From Halogeometricum borinquense DSM 11551 (GTDB taxonomy: Archaea > Halobacteriota > Halobacteria > Halobacteriales > Haloferacaceae), in assembly GCF_000172995.2 (NCBI RefSeq), contig NC_014729.1, forward strand, positions 2,190,001 to 2,222,000: a stretch of DNA of 32,000 nt, in the 5' to 3' direction. This document shows, piece by piece, positions 1 through 9,020 of this stretch (position 1 is its first letter; every line of letters starts with the position of its first letter). Position numbers and translations under genes: made by a program. Below the pieces are notes generated by a model that searched no databases, was not told where the DNA came from, and saw only the letters and a program-made list of their open reading frames with translations.

Positions 1-160
1 AGAACGTGACAAACGGAAGTAACGATCCAAACAGGTTGCCGGTTAACTGCAACGCCGACTGCGGGAGCATCACGAGGCCGTACGCGAGACCGACGAGGAA
101 CAACACGGGGTTTCTGCCGAGCGAGCCGAGCGCGACTCGAAGCGAACGGAGAGCGGACAT
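1..160 (-). CDS. hypothetical membrane protein, N-terminal fragment (gene runs off the left edge)
   Basis: ATG (minus) at 158-160 opens a frame that stays open to position 1: MSALRSLRVALGSLGRNPVLFLVGLAYGLVMLPQSALQLTGNLFGSLLPFVTF. It is hydrophobic. No family recognised. Confidence 0.35.
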   Translation of the reverse strand, partial: MSALRSLRVALGSLGRNPVLFLVGLAYGLVMLPQSALQLTGNLFGSLLPFVTF

Positions 161-222
161 ACTATCCACTTAGAGAAACATCTTGTTAAAAACACACGTT
201 ACCGAGATAACAGCTGGCCGTA

Positions 223-402
223 TTACGCCGCCTGTCCGTCGGGCGCACTGAGGAGACGGACGATAACGATGGCCGCGGCACCGGCGGCGGTGGCGGCTAA
301 GAGGGCAGAGATACGGCCGTCAACGCCAGTCGTGAGAAAGAGCACGCTACTGGCGAGGAGGAGGAACGCTCCGACCGCAATCTGCCGCACGTCTCCCGAC
401 AT
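223..402 (-). CDS. small hydrophobic protein (59 aa), below the ORF-track cutoff
   Basis: Hand translation of the minus strand gives MSGDVRQIAVGAFLLLASSVLFLTTGVDGRISALLAATAAGAAAIVIVRLLSAPDGQAA, ending at a TAA stop (223-225). Two hydrophobic segments. The 63-aa plus-strand ORF 269-460 is its Ala/Arg-rich shadow. Confidence 0.3.
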   Translation of the reverse strand: MSGDVRQIAVGAFLLLASSVLFLTTGVDGRISALLAATAAGAAAIVIVRLLSAPDGQAA

Positions 403-552
403 ACTCGTCTTCGAGTTGGTTCCGTTACTTATGCGTTTCTTCGTGAGTCTTCTGTGCTAACGTATGACTTTCAGAGAGCCGAAATGTGGCGGCGGAGCCT
501 CCGGCAACCACAGACCGCGACTGACTTCACACCGCACGCGAAAGCACGGGAC

Positions 553-1050
553 ATGAGCGACGAAGCTGACGAGAGTTCCGGGGACGGGGACGCGACACTT
601 TCTGATCTTCGAACGGTCGCCAACTATCAGTTCGGTTCAGGAGCCGGCGCGGCACTTTTTCCTGACGACAACCTGACCGTTCGTCGGTCCACGAGCGGTC
701 GCCCGAGACAGGTACTGGCCGACGAGGGACGAATCGTCTCGTACGGTACCGACGGTCGGTTCACGCTCGGCGTCGAGGGTGGCATCCGGTTGGTCGAATC
801 GTCCTCGCCCCCGTCGAACCGTGTCACCGTCGGTTCGGAGAGCGAACCGTTCGTCCGCGACGGCAAGAACGCCTTCGCCAAGTTCGTCACAAGCGTTGAC
901 CCAGAGGTTCGGCCCGGTGACGAAGTCGCAGTCGTCACGCCCGACGACGTGGTTATCGGTGTCGGCCGTGCGGAACTCTCCGCTGAGGCGATGATAGACT
1001 TCGAAACTGGGATGGCCGTGTTCGTCCGCAACGGTGCGGGTGAGGAGTAG
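553..1050 (+). CDS. PUA-domain RNA-binding protein (pre-PUA + PUA, Nip7/ArcTGT-C-terminal-like)
   Basis: The ORF 454-1050 has an Arg/Trp-rich first 33 codons. The acidic sequence MSDEADESSGDG starts at ATG 553. ANYQFG..GAALFP...VRRS..GR.RQV and a C-terminal ...FAKFV..VDPEVRPGDEVAVV..DD.VIGVGRA.LSAEAM match the PUA pattern as I know it. Confidence 0.7.
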   Translation: MSDEADESSGDGDATLSDLRTVANYQFGSGAGAALFPDDNLTVRRSTSGRPRQVLADEGRIVSYGTDGRFTLGVEGGIRLVESSSPPSNRVTVGSESEPFVRDGKNAFAKFVTSVDPEVRPGDEVAVVTPDDVVIGVGRAELSAEAMIDFETGMAVFVRNGAGEE

Positions 1051-1080
1051 TTCGCTTTCTGGATTTTCGCAGCGTCCGTA

Positions 1081-2067
1081 TCAGAGGCCGATTGCGGTCA
1101 GGACCGGGATACCGGAGAGGACCGCACCGATGAGGTACCCGCCGATGGTGCCGCCGTTCAAGAGAGGCAGTCCAGCGTGCGCTCGGCCCTTCAGCACTAA
1201 CCAGAGGAGTGCGAACAGTCCGGCGAACGTCCCGACCATCGCGGTCAGTACGGGCAGCGTCAGTATCGGGAGTCCGGGGACACCGAGCGACGGCGCGGCC
1301 GCATCGGGGAGGAAGAACGCAGCACTTGCGATCATCACCGTCGGCATCACGGCGTCACCCAGACCGATGAAGAAGGCGTCGCGGACGCCCTCCTCGTCGC
1401 TGTCGTCAGTTGGGTCGCCGCCATCCGATTCGGGACTGGGGGGTGCCTCAGCGTCCGGGTCGTCGTGAACGTCGTTCGCACTGGAGAAATCGTCGTCGAG
1501 GAGCGAGTACGACAGCGTCGTCGGGATAACGAGGACGACCGGAATATGCAGGTCCATCACACCCTCCGCGAGGTCCAGCATGTGTTCTGTACCGTAGACG
1601 CTAATGGCGTCGTAGACGGCGAGCGCAGTCAAGAGGACGACGGCCGGTAAGAGGCCGAAGCTAATTCCGAACAGGGCCGCCGCGCCAGCGCCCATAATAA
1701 TGCCCGTGGCGTCGATGACGTACCACTCTGGATACACCACCAGCGCGCCCGCGACGAGGACGGCCGCGGCGACCGCGGGGAGAAACGGCAGGATAATCGA
1801 GAAGACGTACCACGAGAGCATCCCGCTCGTCAGCACGACAAGGGCGCGGACGGCCCAGTCGAAGTCGTATTTGAACGCCGCGAGCATGACGGCCGTGGCG
1901 ACGAGAATCGCACCGATGTAGACGAGACTGTTCGTCGGGTCAGACGGGTCTTCGACGGTCTGAAACCCACCATCATAGAAGGGGGTAACGAGTGCCAACG
2001 CCCCCAACTGAACGAGGAGGAAGATGAGTGTAGTGAGACCGATACCGAAGGCGACGCGGTTTCGCAT
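1081..2067 (-). CDS. presenilin / signal-peptide-peptidase family intramembrane aspartyl protease (PSH-like, peptidase A22)
   Basis: Polytopic 328-aa membrane protein. It has the YD motif (LAVYDAISVYG), the GxGD motif (FFIGLGDAVMP), a long acidic loop between them, and a PAL-like GLPLL near the C-terminus. Confidence 0.8.
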   Translation of the reverse strand: MRNRVAFGIGLTTLIFLLVQLGALALVTPFYDGGFQTVEDPSDPTNSLVYIGAILVATAVMLAAFKYDFDWAVRALVVLTSGMLSWYVFSIILPFLPAVAAAVLVAGALVVYPEWYVIDATGIIMGAGAAALFGISFGLLPAVVLLTALAVYDAISVYGTEHMLDLAEGVMDLHIPVVLVIPTTLSYSLLDDDFSSANDVHDDPDAEAPPSPESDGGDPTDDSDEEGVRDAFFIGLGDAVMPTVMIASAAFFLPDAAAPSLGVPGLPILTLPVLTAMVGTFAGLFALLWLVLKGRAHAGLPLLNGGTIGGYLIGAVLSGIPVLTAIGL

Positions 2068-2106
2068 GGGCGGACGTTCTGTCGGGGAGGCTATGGGGGT
2101 TGTGTT

Positions 2107-2340
2107 TCACCGCGCGTAGAGTTTCGTCCCGACCAACGAGGCGGGGGTGGCGCGTCCGCTGGTCGAAACAGCGACGTAAGGACGACTCACCGGGCCGAAC
2201 ACGTCTACGACGCGTCCAACTGACGACAGCGACTCGTCTACGACTTCGCGGCCGATATCCGGATGTTCTTCACCCTCACAACGCGCGATGGCGAGGTTCT
2301 GTGCGGTCCGCGAGACGGTACCGACCCGTTGCATCGCCAT
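2107..2340 (-). CDS. gar1: H/ACA RNP component Gar1
   Basis: [58 protein letters not shown] is the archaeal Gar1 beta-barrel pattern (..G.V.DVFGPV..PY..V). The ATG at 2338-2340 overlaps the srp19 stop by 1 nt (TAATG). The extra 34 codons in the ORF track are Arg-rich and out of character. Confidence 0.85.
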   Translation of the reverse strand: MAMQRVGTVSRTAQNLAIARCEGEEHPDIGREVVDESLSSVGRVVDVFGPVSRPYVAVSTSGRATPASLVGTKLYAR

Positions 2341-2621
2341 TAGTTCCGGAGGATCCCGACGTAGGCGGCGACGGCCTGTACGAGGTCGTTTTTCGTTGAG
2401 TCGTCGGCACCCTTGACGATGACTCGGCCGTTCGCTTCCCACTCTCTGGGGTGTGTCACGTCGCGTTCGATGACGGCGTCGTATCCAATCTGTTGGACCG
2501 CTTCGGCGATTTCGTCTACGGTCGGGTCATCGACAGCGTCTTCGAGCGGCACGCGTCGGCCCGCCGAACGCGATTTTTCCGCGTCGAGATAGCGAGGCCA
2601 AATGACGTTCTCCACAGCCAT
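2340..2621 (-). CDS. srp19: signal recognition particle protein SRP19
   Basis: 93 aa. The start VIWPRYLD...SR..GRRVP and the overall size are typical of archaeal SRP19. Translationally coupled to gar1. Confidence 0.9.
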   Translation of the reverse strand: MAVENVIWPRYLDAEKSRSAGRRVPLEDAVDDPTVDEIAEAVQQIGYDAVIERDVTHPREWEANGRVIVKGADDSTKNDLVQAVAAYVGILRN

Positions 2622-2642
2622 AGTCGGAAGACCGCGGCGCGC

Positions 2643-2653
2643 CCGTAATACGG
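2643..2653 (-). promoter_or_regulatory. candidate TATA box (TATTA inside the palindrome CCGTAATACGG) for a leaderless srp19-gar1 transcript
   Basis: The centre of the AT core lies about 27 nt upstream of the srp19 ATG (2621). Haloarchaeal leaderless mRNAs place the TATA box around -27. Based on position and sequence only. Confidence 0.35.
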
Positions 2654-2677
2654 TTGTGGTCCGCGGTTGCGGTCGGT

Positions 2678-2702
2678 GAAAAACGGGACGAAAAGAAAAA
2701 CG
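2678..2702 (-). terminator. T-run terminator candidate downstream of the substrate-binding-protein gene
   Basis: The minus strand reads CGTTTTTCTTTTCGTCCCGTTTTTCAC immediately after the stop at 2714. Oligo-T runs are the usual archaeal termination signal. Confidence 0.35.
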
Positions 2703-2713
2703 ACGCTCGCGGG

Positions 2714-3844
2714 TTATCGGCGCGTCGCCAGCAGGGCGGCTGCGAGCATGGAGACGAGCGTGAGAGCGACACCGAACCCGGGCGTGTCAGCGCCCGTTGC
2801 CGTCTGTGCCGACGTTGTTGTGTCGTTTACGGCCTGCGTCGTCGTCGATTGCGCAGTCGTCGTCTGCGTCGTCGTCTCGGTCGATTCAGTCGTCGTCGCC
2901 TCGGCTTCCGCCTTCATCGACTGGTACTCCTCGAACGCCTCGGGATGTACCGCCTGCATGATGGTCTCAGCGGCGTCAACCGAGCGCGGTGCGGGTTGCT
3001 GGAGGTAGTTCGAGTTTACTTCGATGATGTTGCCTTCCTGCACGGCGGTCGTACTGTTCCACGCCTCGGTATCCGGAACCGTTGCACCCGTGGGGACGAT
3101 GATGTACTCGGGATTCATCTCGACGACCGTTTCGGTGTTGATGGGTGCGAAGCCGGTGATGTTCGCTTCGGCAGCACCGTTCGTTAGTCCGGCGGTGGTC
3201 ATCACGTCACCGATGAACGTGTTCGAACCGGAGGTGTAGGTGTAGAAGTAGTTGAGTGCGACCGGTTTGTCTTCGTCTGCCAGCACTTCGCGCATCAGGT
3301 CGGCGGAGTTGCGGATCTCCTGTGCGCTCTGTCGTCCGGCCTCGCAGTTACCAGTGAGGCGACCAATCTGTTCGGTCTTGTTCGCCACGAACGACAGCGA
3401 GGAGCCCGTCTCGAAGACGAACACGGTGGTCCCCTGTGCGCGAATCTGATCGACGCGATCCTTAGCGAATGCGTAAGTGGAGTTCGGAACGAGAACCACG
3501 TCGGGATTCGCGTCGAGTACGCGCTCGACGCTCGGGCCGTTCGCGCCCGAGACGTTCTGTTTCTCGTCTGCGCCGTCAAGGTAGGTGGCGTACTTCGAGA
3601 CGCCGACCACTTCATCGGACGCGCCGAGTTCCCACATCGTCTGTGCGGCACTCGGGTTCAGCGTGACAACGCGCTCCGGGTCCGAATCAAGCGTAACTTC
3701 CGTTCCTGTCGCATCTGTCGCGGTGTACGGGAATGTACACGAGTCTGTCTGCATCGACGCTGCCCCGGCCGTCGCGGCACCTGTAGCGGGAACGATGGCA
3801 GCGACGAAAAGAAGCGTCACAAACGTGAGTGTCCGTAATCGCAT
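2714..3844 (-). CDS. PGF-CTERM-anchored ABC transporter substrate-binding protein (BtuF/FhuD-like, cobalamin/iron-siderophore class)
   Basis: Sec-type signal [26 protein letters not shown] (ATG 3842-3844). The periplasmic binding fold pattern is present ([24 protein letters not shown]; PDVVLVP). A Thr-rich linker is followed by [23 protein letters not shown], a PGF-CTERM sorting signal. Divergent from the permease/ATPase genes. Confidence 0.85.
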   Translation of the reverse strand: MRLRTLTFVTLLFVAAIVPATGAATAGAASMQTDSCTFPYTATDATGTEVTLDSDPERVVTLNPSAAQTMWELGASDEVVGVSKYATYLDGADEKQNVSGANGPSVERVLDANPDVVLVPNSTYAFAKDRVDQIRAQGTTVFVFETGSSLSFVANKTEQIGRLTGNCEAGRQSAQEIRNSADLMREVLADEDKPVALNYFYTYTSGSNTFIGDVMTTAGLTNGAAEANITGFAPINTETVVEMNPEYIIVPTGATVPDTEAWNSTTAVQEGNIIEVNSNYLQQPAPRSVDAAETIMQAVHPEAFEEYQSMKAEAEATTTESTETTTQTTTAQSTTTQAVNDTTTSAQTATGADTPGFGVALTLVSMLAAALLATRR

Positions 3845-3884
3845 GTGCACCAATTTTGGCCCCCATTGCATCAAGTATTTACCT

Positions 3885-3899
3885 AATCCAACTCGGATT
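3885..3899. promoter_or_regulatory. inverted repeat AATCC-N5-GGATT in the 67-bp divergent promoter region of the ABC importer
   Basis: Read directly: AATCCAACTCGGATT, between the ATG at 3844 (minus) and the ATG at 3912 (plus). It is embedded in the only AT-rich stretch there (GTATTTACCTAATCC...GTATATC). Confidence 0.25.
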
Positions 3900-3911
3900 G
3901 TATATCAGTAG

Positions 3912-4931
3912 ATGACCGTCCGAACGCGGGCTCTCGCGTGGTCGGGAGGCTTAAGCATACTCCTCGTCGCTGTCATCCTCGGCAGCGCCGGCGTCGGACC
4001 CGTCTCCATCCCACCGATGGCGGTGACAAGCGCCGTCGTCGGTGATCTCTTTCCCTCGCTCGGCATCTCGGTACCGAGAACACAGCGCGTCATCGTCGTC
4101 AACGTCCGCCTGCCGCGCATCCTGCTTGCCGCACTCGTCGGCTTCGCGCTGTCCACGGCGGGCGTCGTGATGCAGGGGTTCTTCCGCAATCCGATGGCAG
4201 ACCCCTCCATCATCGGCGTCTCCTCGGGTGCGGCCGTCGGTGCGGTCGCCACAATCGTCCTCCCCTTCGCGTTCCCACTCGGTCTCGAACTGCAGAGCGC
4301 CGCCTTCGTCTCCGCGCTCATCACGGCCTTCACCGTCTACCTGCTCGCCACGCGCGGCGGCCACACGCCGACGGCGACGCTCCTTCTCGCGGGCGTGGCC
4401 GTCCAGACGTTCCTCGGGTCAGTCATCTCGTTCATGCTCCTCCACAGCGGGCAGAGCCTCCGTCGCGTCGTCTACTGGCTGATGGGCCACCTCAGCGGCG
4501 CGACGTGGCACGAGGTAGCCATCGTTGCGGTCAGTCTCCCGCCGCTCTTCGTCGTTCTGCTCGTCTACACGAACGATATGAACGTCCTGCTGCTCGGTGA
4601 GTCGGACGCACACAGCCTCGGCATCGAGGTCGAGCGAACCAAGCGCATCCTGCTTGCGGTGTCGAGCGCTGTCACTGCGGTAGCTGTCGCCGTATCAGGC
4701 GTTATCGGATTCGTAGGGCTCATCGTGCCGCATGCGATGCGTCTCGTCGTCGGCCCGGACCATCGCGTCCTCCTTCCTGCGAGTGCGCTGGCGGGGGCAT
4801 CGTTCCTCGTCGCCACCGACACCCTCGCTCGATCCGGCGCGGCGGAAGTTCCGGTCGGCATCGTCACCGCCGCCCTCGGTGCGCCCTTCTTCCTCTATCT
4901 GCTCCGCACACGGGAGGTGCATCGACTGTGA
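3912..4931 (+). CDS. btuC: ABC transporter permease, FecCD/BtuC family
   Basis: 339-aa polytopic protein with typical FecCD features ([26 protein letters not shown]...G.SSGA; [10 protein letters not shown]; C-terminal [17 protein letters not shown]). Confidence 0.9.
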   Translation: MTVRTRALAWSGGLSILLVAVILGSAGVGPVSIPPMAVTSAVVGDLFPSLGISVPRTQRVIVVNVRLPRILLAALVGFALSTAGVVMQGFFRNPMADPSIIGVSSGAAVGAVATIVLPFAFPLGLELQSAAFVSALITAFTVYLLATRGGHTPTATLLLAGVAVQTFLGSVISFMLLHSGQSLRRVVYWLMGHLSGATWHEVAIVAVSLPPLFVVLLVYTNDMNVLLLGESDAHSLGIEVERTKRILLAVSSAVTAVAVAVSGVIGFVGLIVPHAMRLVVGPDHRVLLPASALAGASFLVATDTLARSGAAEVPVGIVTAALGAPFFLYLLRTREVHRL

Positions 4932-6268
4932 CGTCCCGCCGGTACAACGGCGAAAGCGAGTCGGTGACGGGTGACACGCCCGTCGTCAGCGTCTCGGACC
5001 TCGCTGTCGAACTCGGCGGGACGAGCATCCTGGAGTCTGTTGATCTCGCCGTTGATGAGGGAACCTTTGTCGGCCTTATCGGCCCGAACGGCGCGGGAAA
5101 GACGACGTTACTCCGGGCGTTGAACGGCGCTATTTCGCCCGCTCGCGGTTCCGTTATCATCTCCGGCGAGATGGTTCACTCACTCTCCTCGAAGGCCACG
5201 AGCCGCCTCGTTGCCACCGTTCCGCAGGATACGTCGCTCACGTTCAACTTCGACGTGCGACAGACGATCCGAATGGGCCGCACACCGCATCGGTCGCGGT
5301 TCGGCGGATGGCGCGAAGACGACGAATCCGCGGTCGAACGCGCTCTCGACCGGACACAGACGGCAGAACTGAGCGAGCGGACGGTAAGCGACCTCTCGGG
5401 CGGCGAGCGGCAGCGCGTCCTCATCGCGCGTGCGCTCGCACAAGAGACACCTGTGCTCCTGTTGGACGAACCGACGGCGAGTCTCGACATCAACCACCAA
5501 GTGCGGACGCTCGAACTCGTCCGCGACCTCGTTGGCGAGGGGAAGACAGCCATCGCAGCCATTCACGACCTGAACCTCGCCGCGCACTACTGCGACGAAC
5601 TCGTGTTGCTCTCGGACGGCCGGGTCGTCGCCACCGGACCGCCCGCATCGGTCCTCACCGAGACGAATCTCGAAGGCGCATTCGGTGCAAACGCCGTCGT
5701 CACGCACCATCCGGTTACGGGGTCAGTGTACGTCACTGCACTACCGGACCAACGGAGCGACGCTGAGAAAGCGCAGGGACACATTCACGTCGTCGGCGGT
5801 GGCGGAACCGCGGCGCGGTATCTCTATCTCCTCTCGGCGGCGGGGTACGAAGTGAGCGTCGGCGCGTTAAACGAGGGCGACACGGATACCGAAACCGCGC
5901 GTAGCCTCGGTTTGGACGTGGTGACGGTGAACCCCTTCTCAGCTGTCGGAGACGCGGCACAGGCCGAGGTGGCGACGCGTGTTGCCGAAGCGGACTGCGT
6001 CGTCGTCGCCGATGTGGAAGTGGGCACAGGAAATCTGGCGAACCTGCGGGCGGCGGCCGAGGCCGAACGGATCGTCCTCGTCGAAGAGCGACCGTTTGGG
6101 GAGCGAAACTACGCCGGTGAAGCGGGACGAAGCGCGTACAATCGGCTCCGGGAACGTGGCGTCGTCGTCTCCTCAGCGGACGTGCTCTCGGCCGTCCAAA
6201 CCCAACTGGCGGAGCACGGACAGCCACCGTTGGACAGCGAATCCGTCGGAACAACCTCCTCTGAGTGA
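4928..6268 (+). CDS. btuD: ABC transporter ATP-binding protein (BtuD/FecE-like) with an extra C-terminal domain of about 160 aa
   Basis: The GTG start overlaps the permease stop (GTGA). Walker [10 protein letters not shown], signature LSGGERQR and Walker B LLLDEPT are all present. Residues from about 285 onward ([18 protein letters not shown]...) are an additional domain. Confidence 0.9.
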   Translation: MTSRRYNGESESVTGDTPVVSVSDLAVELGGTSILESVDLAVDEGTFVGLIGPNGAGKTTLLRALNGAISPARGSVIISGEMVHSLSSKATSRLVATVPQDTSLTFNFDVRQTIRMGRTPHRSRFGGWREDDESAVERALDRTQTAELSERTVSDLSGGERQRVLIARALAQETPVLLLDEPTASLDINHQVRTLELVRDLVGEGKTAIAAIHDLNLAAHYCDELVLLSDGRVVATGPPASVLTETNLEGAFGANAVVTHHPVTGSVYVTALPDQRSDAEKAQGHIHVVGGGGTAARYLYLLSAAGYEVSVGALNEGDTDTETARSLGLDVVTVNPFSAVGDAAQAEVATRVAEADCVVVADVEVGTGNLANLRAAAEAERIVLVEERPFGERNYAGEAGRSAYNRLRERGVVVSSADVLSAVQTQLAEHGQPPLDSESVGTTSSE

Positions 6269-6453
6269 CGGTGAGACGCTACTGACCTTGTTTTGAGGAC
6301 TGCCAGTCTGCTCATTGTTACCATTCCTGAGAGAACCACACATCCACCAATCATTGGTATGGATTAACACACCATAATTTGAGAATCGAGAATAATGTCG
6401 GCCGTTAGGCGACACATTTTTCACCGCGGACCTAATACTGGGTAGTGAGCAAG

Positions 6454-6479
6454 GGTCGAGATTCCCATTCTTCTCGACC
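6454..6479 (+). promoter_or_regulatory. 8-bp stem-loop immediately upstream of the tfb start codon
   Basis: GGTCGAGA-N10-TCTCGACC, ending 11 nt before the ATG at 6491. It lies in a 220-bp AT-richer intergenic region. Confidence 0.25.
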
Positions 6480-6490
6480 TACGATACATA

Positions 6491-7522
6491 ATGAGTGACA
6501 CCGAGAACGCGCGTCAGCGCGCCAAGATCGACTCGGAGAACCGTCGGACAGGCCGACACAATGAGACAGAGCAGACGGAAACAGACGAAGAGACGCTTCT
6601 CTGTCCCGAATGCAGTTCTCCGACTCTCGTGACCGACGACGGACGCGGCGAGACCGTATGTGAAGACTGCGGGCTCGTCGTTGACGAAGACGAGATCGAC
6701 CGCGGGCCGGAATGGCGCGCGTTCGACTCCGCAGAGAGAGACCAGAAATCCCGCGTCGGTGCGCCGACGACGAATATGATGCACGACAGGGGGCTTTCGA
6801 CCAACATCGGCTGGCAGAACAAAGACGCCTACGGCAACTCCCTGTCGTCGAACCAGCGTCAGAAGATGCAGCGTCTACGGACGTGGAACGAGCGCTTCCG
6901 CACCCGCGACTCCAAAGAGCGGAACCTAAAGCAGGCGCTCGGCGAAATTGACCGCATGGCTTCGGCCCTCGGTCTTCCCGAAAGTGTCCGCGAGACGGCC
7001 TCGGTCATCTACCGCCGCGCACTGGAGGACGACCTCCTCCCCGGACGCTCCATCGAAGGCATCGCCACGGCGTCACTACACGCCGCCGCGCGCATGGCGC
7101 AGGTCCCTCGGTCACTAGACGAAGTAGCCCACGTCTCCCGCGTAGACGAAGAGGAGTTCGAGCGAGCGTACCGCTACATCGTACGGGAACTCAGCCTCGA
7201 AATCAAGCCCGCCGACCCGACGGAGTATCTCCCACGGTTCGCTTCGGATATCGATGTGCCGAAAGAGACCGAACGCACCGCCCGCGAACTGCTAGAGAAC
7301 GCGAAAACGGTCGGAATTCACTCGGGGAAATCGCCTGTCGGCCTTGCCGCCGCTGCCCTCTACGCCGCCGCGCAGTTGACGAACGAGAAGGTGACGCAAA
7401 GCGATGTGAGCGACGTGACCGACATCTCGGAAGTCACGATCCGCAACCGGTATCAAGAGCTACTCGAAGCCTGGGATACGACGCCGTTCGCCAGCGGTGG
7501 CGAGTCCGGAGCCAGCGCCTAA
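6491..7522 (+). CDS. tfb: transcription initiation factor IIB (TFB)
   Basis: N-terminal Zn ribbon CPEC...CEDCGLV, a B-reader/linker (GPEWRAF....R.G.P), two cyclin-like repeats, and a typical acidic haloarchaeal N-terminal extension. Confidence 0.95.
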   Translation: MSDTENARQRAKIDSENRRTGRHNETEQTETDEETLLCPECSSPTLVTDDGRGETVCEDCGLVVDEDEIDRGPEWRAFDSAERDQKSRVGAPTTNMMHDRGLSTNIGWQNKDAYGNSLSSNQRQKMQRLRTWNERFRTRDSKERNLKQALGEIDRMASALGLPESVRETASVIYRRALEDDLLPGRSIEGIATASLHAAARMAQVPRSLDEVAHVSRVDEEEFERAYRYIVRELSLEIKPADPTEYLPRFASDIDVPKETERTARELLENAKTVGIHSGKSPVGLAAAALYAAAQLTNEKVTQSDVSDVTDISEVTIRNRYQELLEAWDTTPFASGGESGASA

Positions 7523-7615
7523 GCCCGCCGCAGTCGCTGCATCGCTCTGCGCTTCCGGTATTTTGCGCCCGTGTTGAGACCCGACTTTTTGTGTCCGTGC
7601 GGAGACGGACGACGT

Positions 7616-8242
7616 ATGAACGGAAAGACGCGCGAAGGGGTGATTCTGGGTGGCGGATACTCCACACGCTTCGGCGACGAGGATAAAGCACTCGCGGAAC
7701 TGGCGGGGAAACCGCTCGTCCGGCATGTCGCTGAGAGGCTCGCTACCGTCTGTGACCGACTCGTCGTGAACTGCCGAGACGATCAGACGACCGACTTTCG
7801 CGCCGCCGTCGAGGGTTGTGGTGTTCCCATCGGCGTTGCAACCGATCCGATTCCGGACCGCGGCCCGATGGCCGGTATCCGAACGGGACTGTCGGCCGTC
7901 GAATCGGAGTACGCCGCCGTCGTCGCCTGCGATATGCCGTTCGTTGACCCCGATTTCCTTTCGTATCTGTTTACGCGTGCCGACGGCTACGACGCCGCCG
8001 TCCCCCAACGAGACGACGAGTGGTACCAGACGACGCAGGCAGTCTATCGCGTCGAGTCGATGGTGAGGGCGTGCGAACGCGCACTCGACCGTGGGGACGC
8101 GAAAATACTCGCCGCATTAGAGGAACTCGACGACTGGGTAACAGTGACGGAGGCGGAGATACGGGAACACGCCGACCCGGAGACGTTCGACAACGTGAAC
8201 ACGAAAGAAGAGTTGCAGGCGGCGGCGCGGCGGTTAGAGTGA
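7616..8242 (+). CDS. mobA: molybdenum cofactor guanylyltransferase MobA
   Basis: GVILGGGYSTRFG..DKAL..L.GKPL is the MobA nucleotide-binding N-terminus, with DMPF later in the protein. The ATG at 7616 is chosen over the GTG/Cys-rich upstream codons of the ORF track. Confidence 0.8.
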   Translation: MNGKTREGVILGGGYSTRFGDEDKALAELAGKPLVRHVAERLATVCDRLVVNCRDDQTTDFRAAVEGCGVPIGVATDPIPDRGPMAGIRTGLSAVESEYAAVVACDMPFVDPDFLSYLFTRADGYDAAVPQRDDEWYQTTQAVYRVESMVRACERALDRGDAKILAALEELDDWVTVTEAEIREHADPETFDNVNTKEELQAAARRLE

Positions 8243-8245
8243 CCA

Positions 8246-8275
8246 ACGGAGAGTAGCTGGCGTGGCTAACTCCGT
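8246..8275. terminator. stem-loop between the convergent mobA and yqeC-like genes
   Basis: ACGGAG(8246-8251)/CTCCGT(8270-8275) with an inner TAGC/GCTA pair. It occupies almost the whole 34-bp gap. Confidence 0.25.
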
Positions 8276-8276
8276 C

Positions 8277-9020
8277 TCAGTCACGCTCGACAACTTCGAC
8301 CACGCTCTCATCACGGTTCAGTCGCGTCACGAGAACACGCGAGACGGACGGTGCCCGGTCAAGGACGCCGGTTGCGATCTCCCGACCAACCGCTTCGAGT
8401 TCGGACGTGTCCGCCATGTTCACGACGGGGATAACTGACGACGCCTGCGGAACTCCCTTTAGACCGCCCGACGCGTCGGCAACGACTGACGCAACGTGTT
8501 CAGGACGGATTGTCTCGCCCGGAGCACAGTCGGTGAGTTCTGCGACCCGCTCGGGGCGGTGGACTGCCTCTTCCGTGAGTGATTCTCCGACGACACGAGC
8601 GGCTGCGATAGGCGAGACCACCGTCGCGGCGTCGGGTATCTGCGGTTCGTTCTCACCGGGGGCTTTGAACAGGCGGTTTCGTGCGCCGTCGGCTTTCACC
8701 AAGAGCGGGGTCTCACCTGCGGCGGCGAGTTCGTCCACGACAGCGGGGTCGTAGCCGCGGTACCGATCCGGGCGTTCGCGTTCAGGGACGAGTCCGAGCG
8801 GGCGTGTGCCGGTGTCAGCCGCCGCAGATACCGGGTCGTCGGTGACAACGACACTCTCGACGTGGCTATCGAAGATTGGAATACGGACCGTCGCCGTGAC
8901 GATTGCGTCGGACAGCACAGAGGCGAGACGGTACAGTAACGTCTTCTTGCCACCTGCACCGACGACCGCAAGGACGGATGAGTCCCCAAGCCCGAGGCCA
9001 TCCGGAAGTGATGGCATCAT
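8277..9020 (-). CDS. YqeC-like P-loop accessory protein (putative molybdenum/selenium-dependent hydroxylase maturation factor family)
   Basis: 247 aa. N-terminal VLAVVGAGGKKTLLYRLA is the GAGGKT P-loop typical of YqeC-family proteins, followed by VK.DGA. Convergent with mobA. Family assignment is from memory of the motif only. Confidence 0.55.
   Translation of the reverse strand: MMPSLPDGLGLGDSSVLAVVGAGGKKTLLYRLASVLSDAIVTATVRIPIFDSHVESVVVTDDPVSAAADTGTRPLGLVPERERPDRYRGYDPAVVDELAAAGETPLLVKADGARNRLFKAPGENEPQIPDAATVVSPIAAARVVGESLTEEAVHRPERVAELTDCAPGETIRPEHVASVVADASGGLKGVPQASSVIPVVNMADTSELEAVGREIATGVLDRAPSVSRVLVTRLNRDESVVEVVERD

Noticed and set aside
3845-3911. Cobalamin riboswitch upstream of the btu-like operon
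   Set aside because: The divergent intergenic region is only 67 bp, far too short for a cobalamin riboswitch, which in any case is not established in archaea. Only a short inverted repeat is present.
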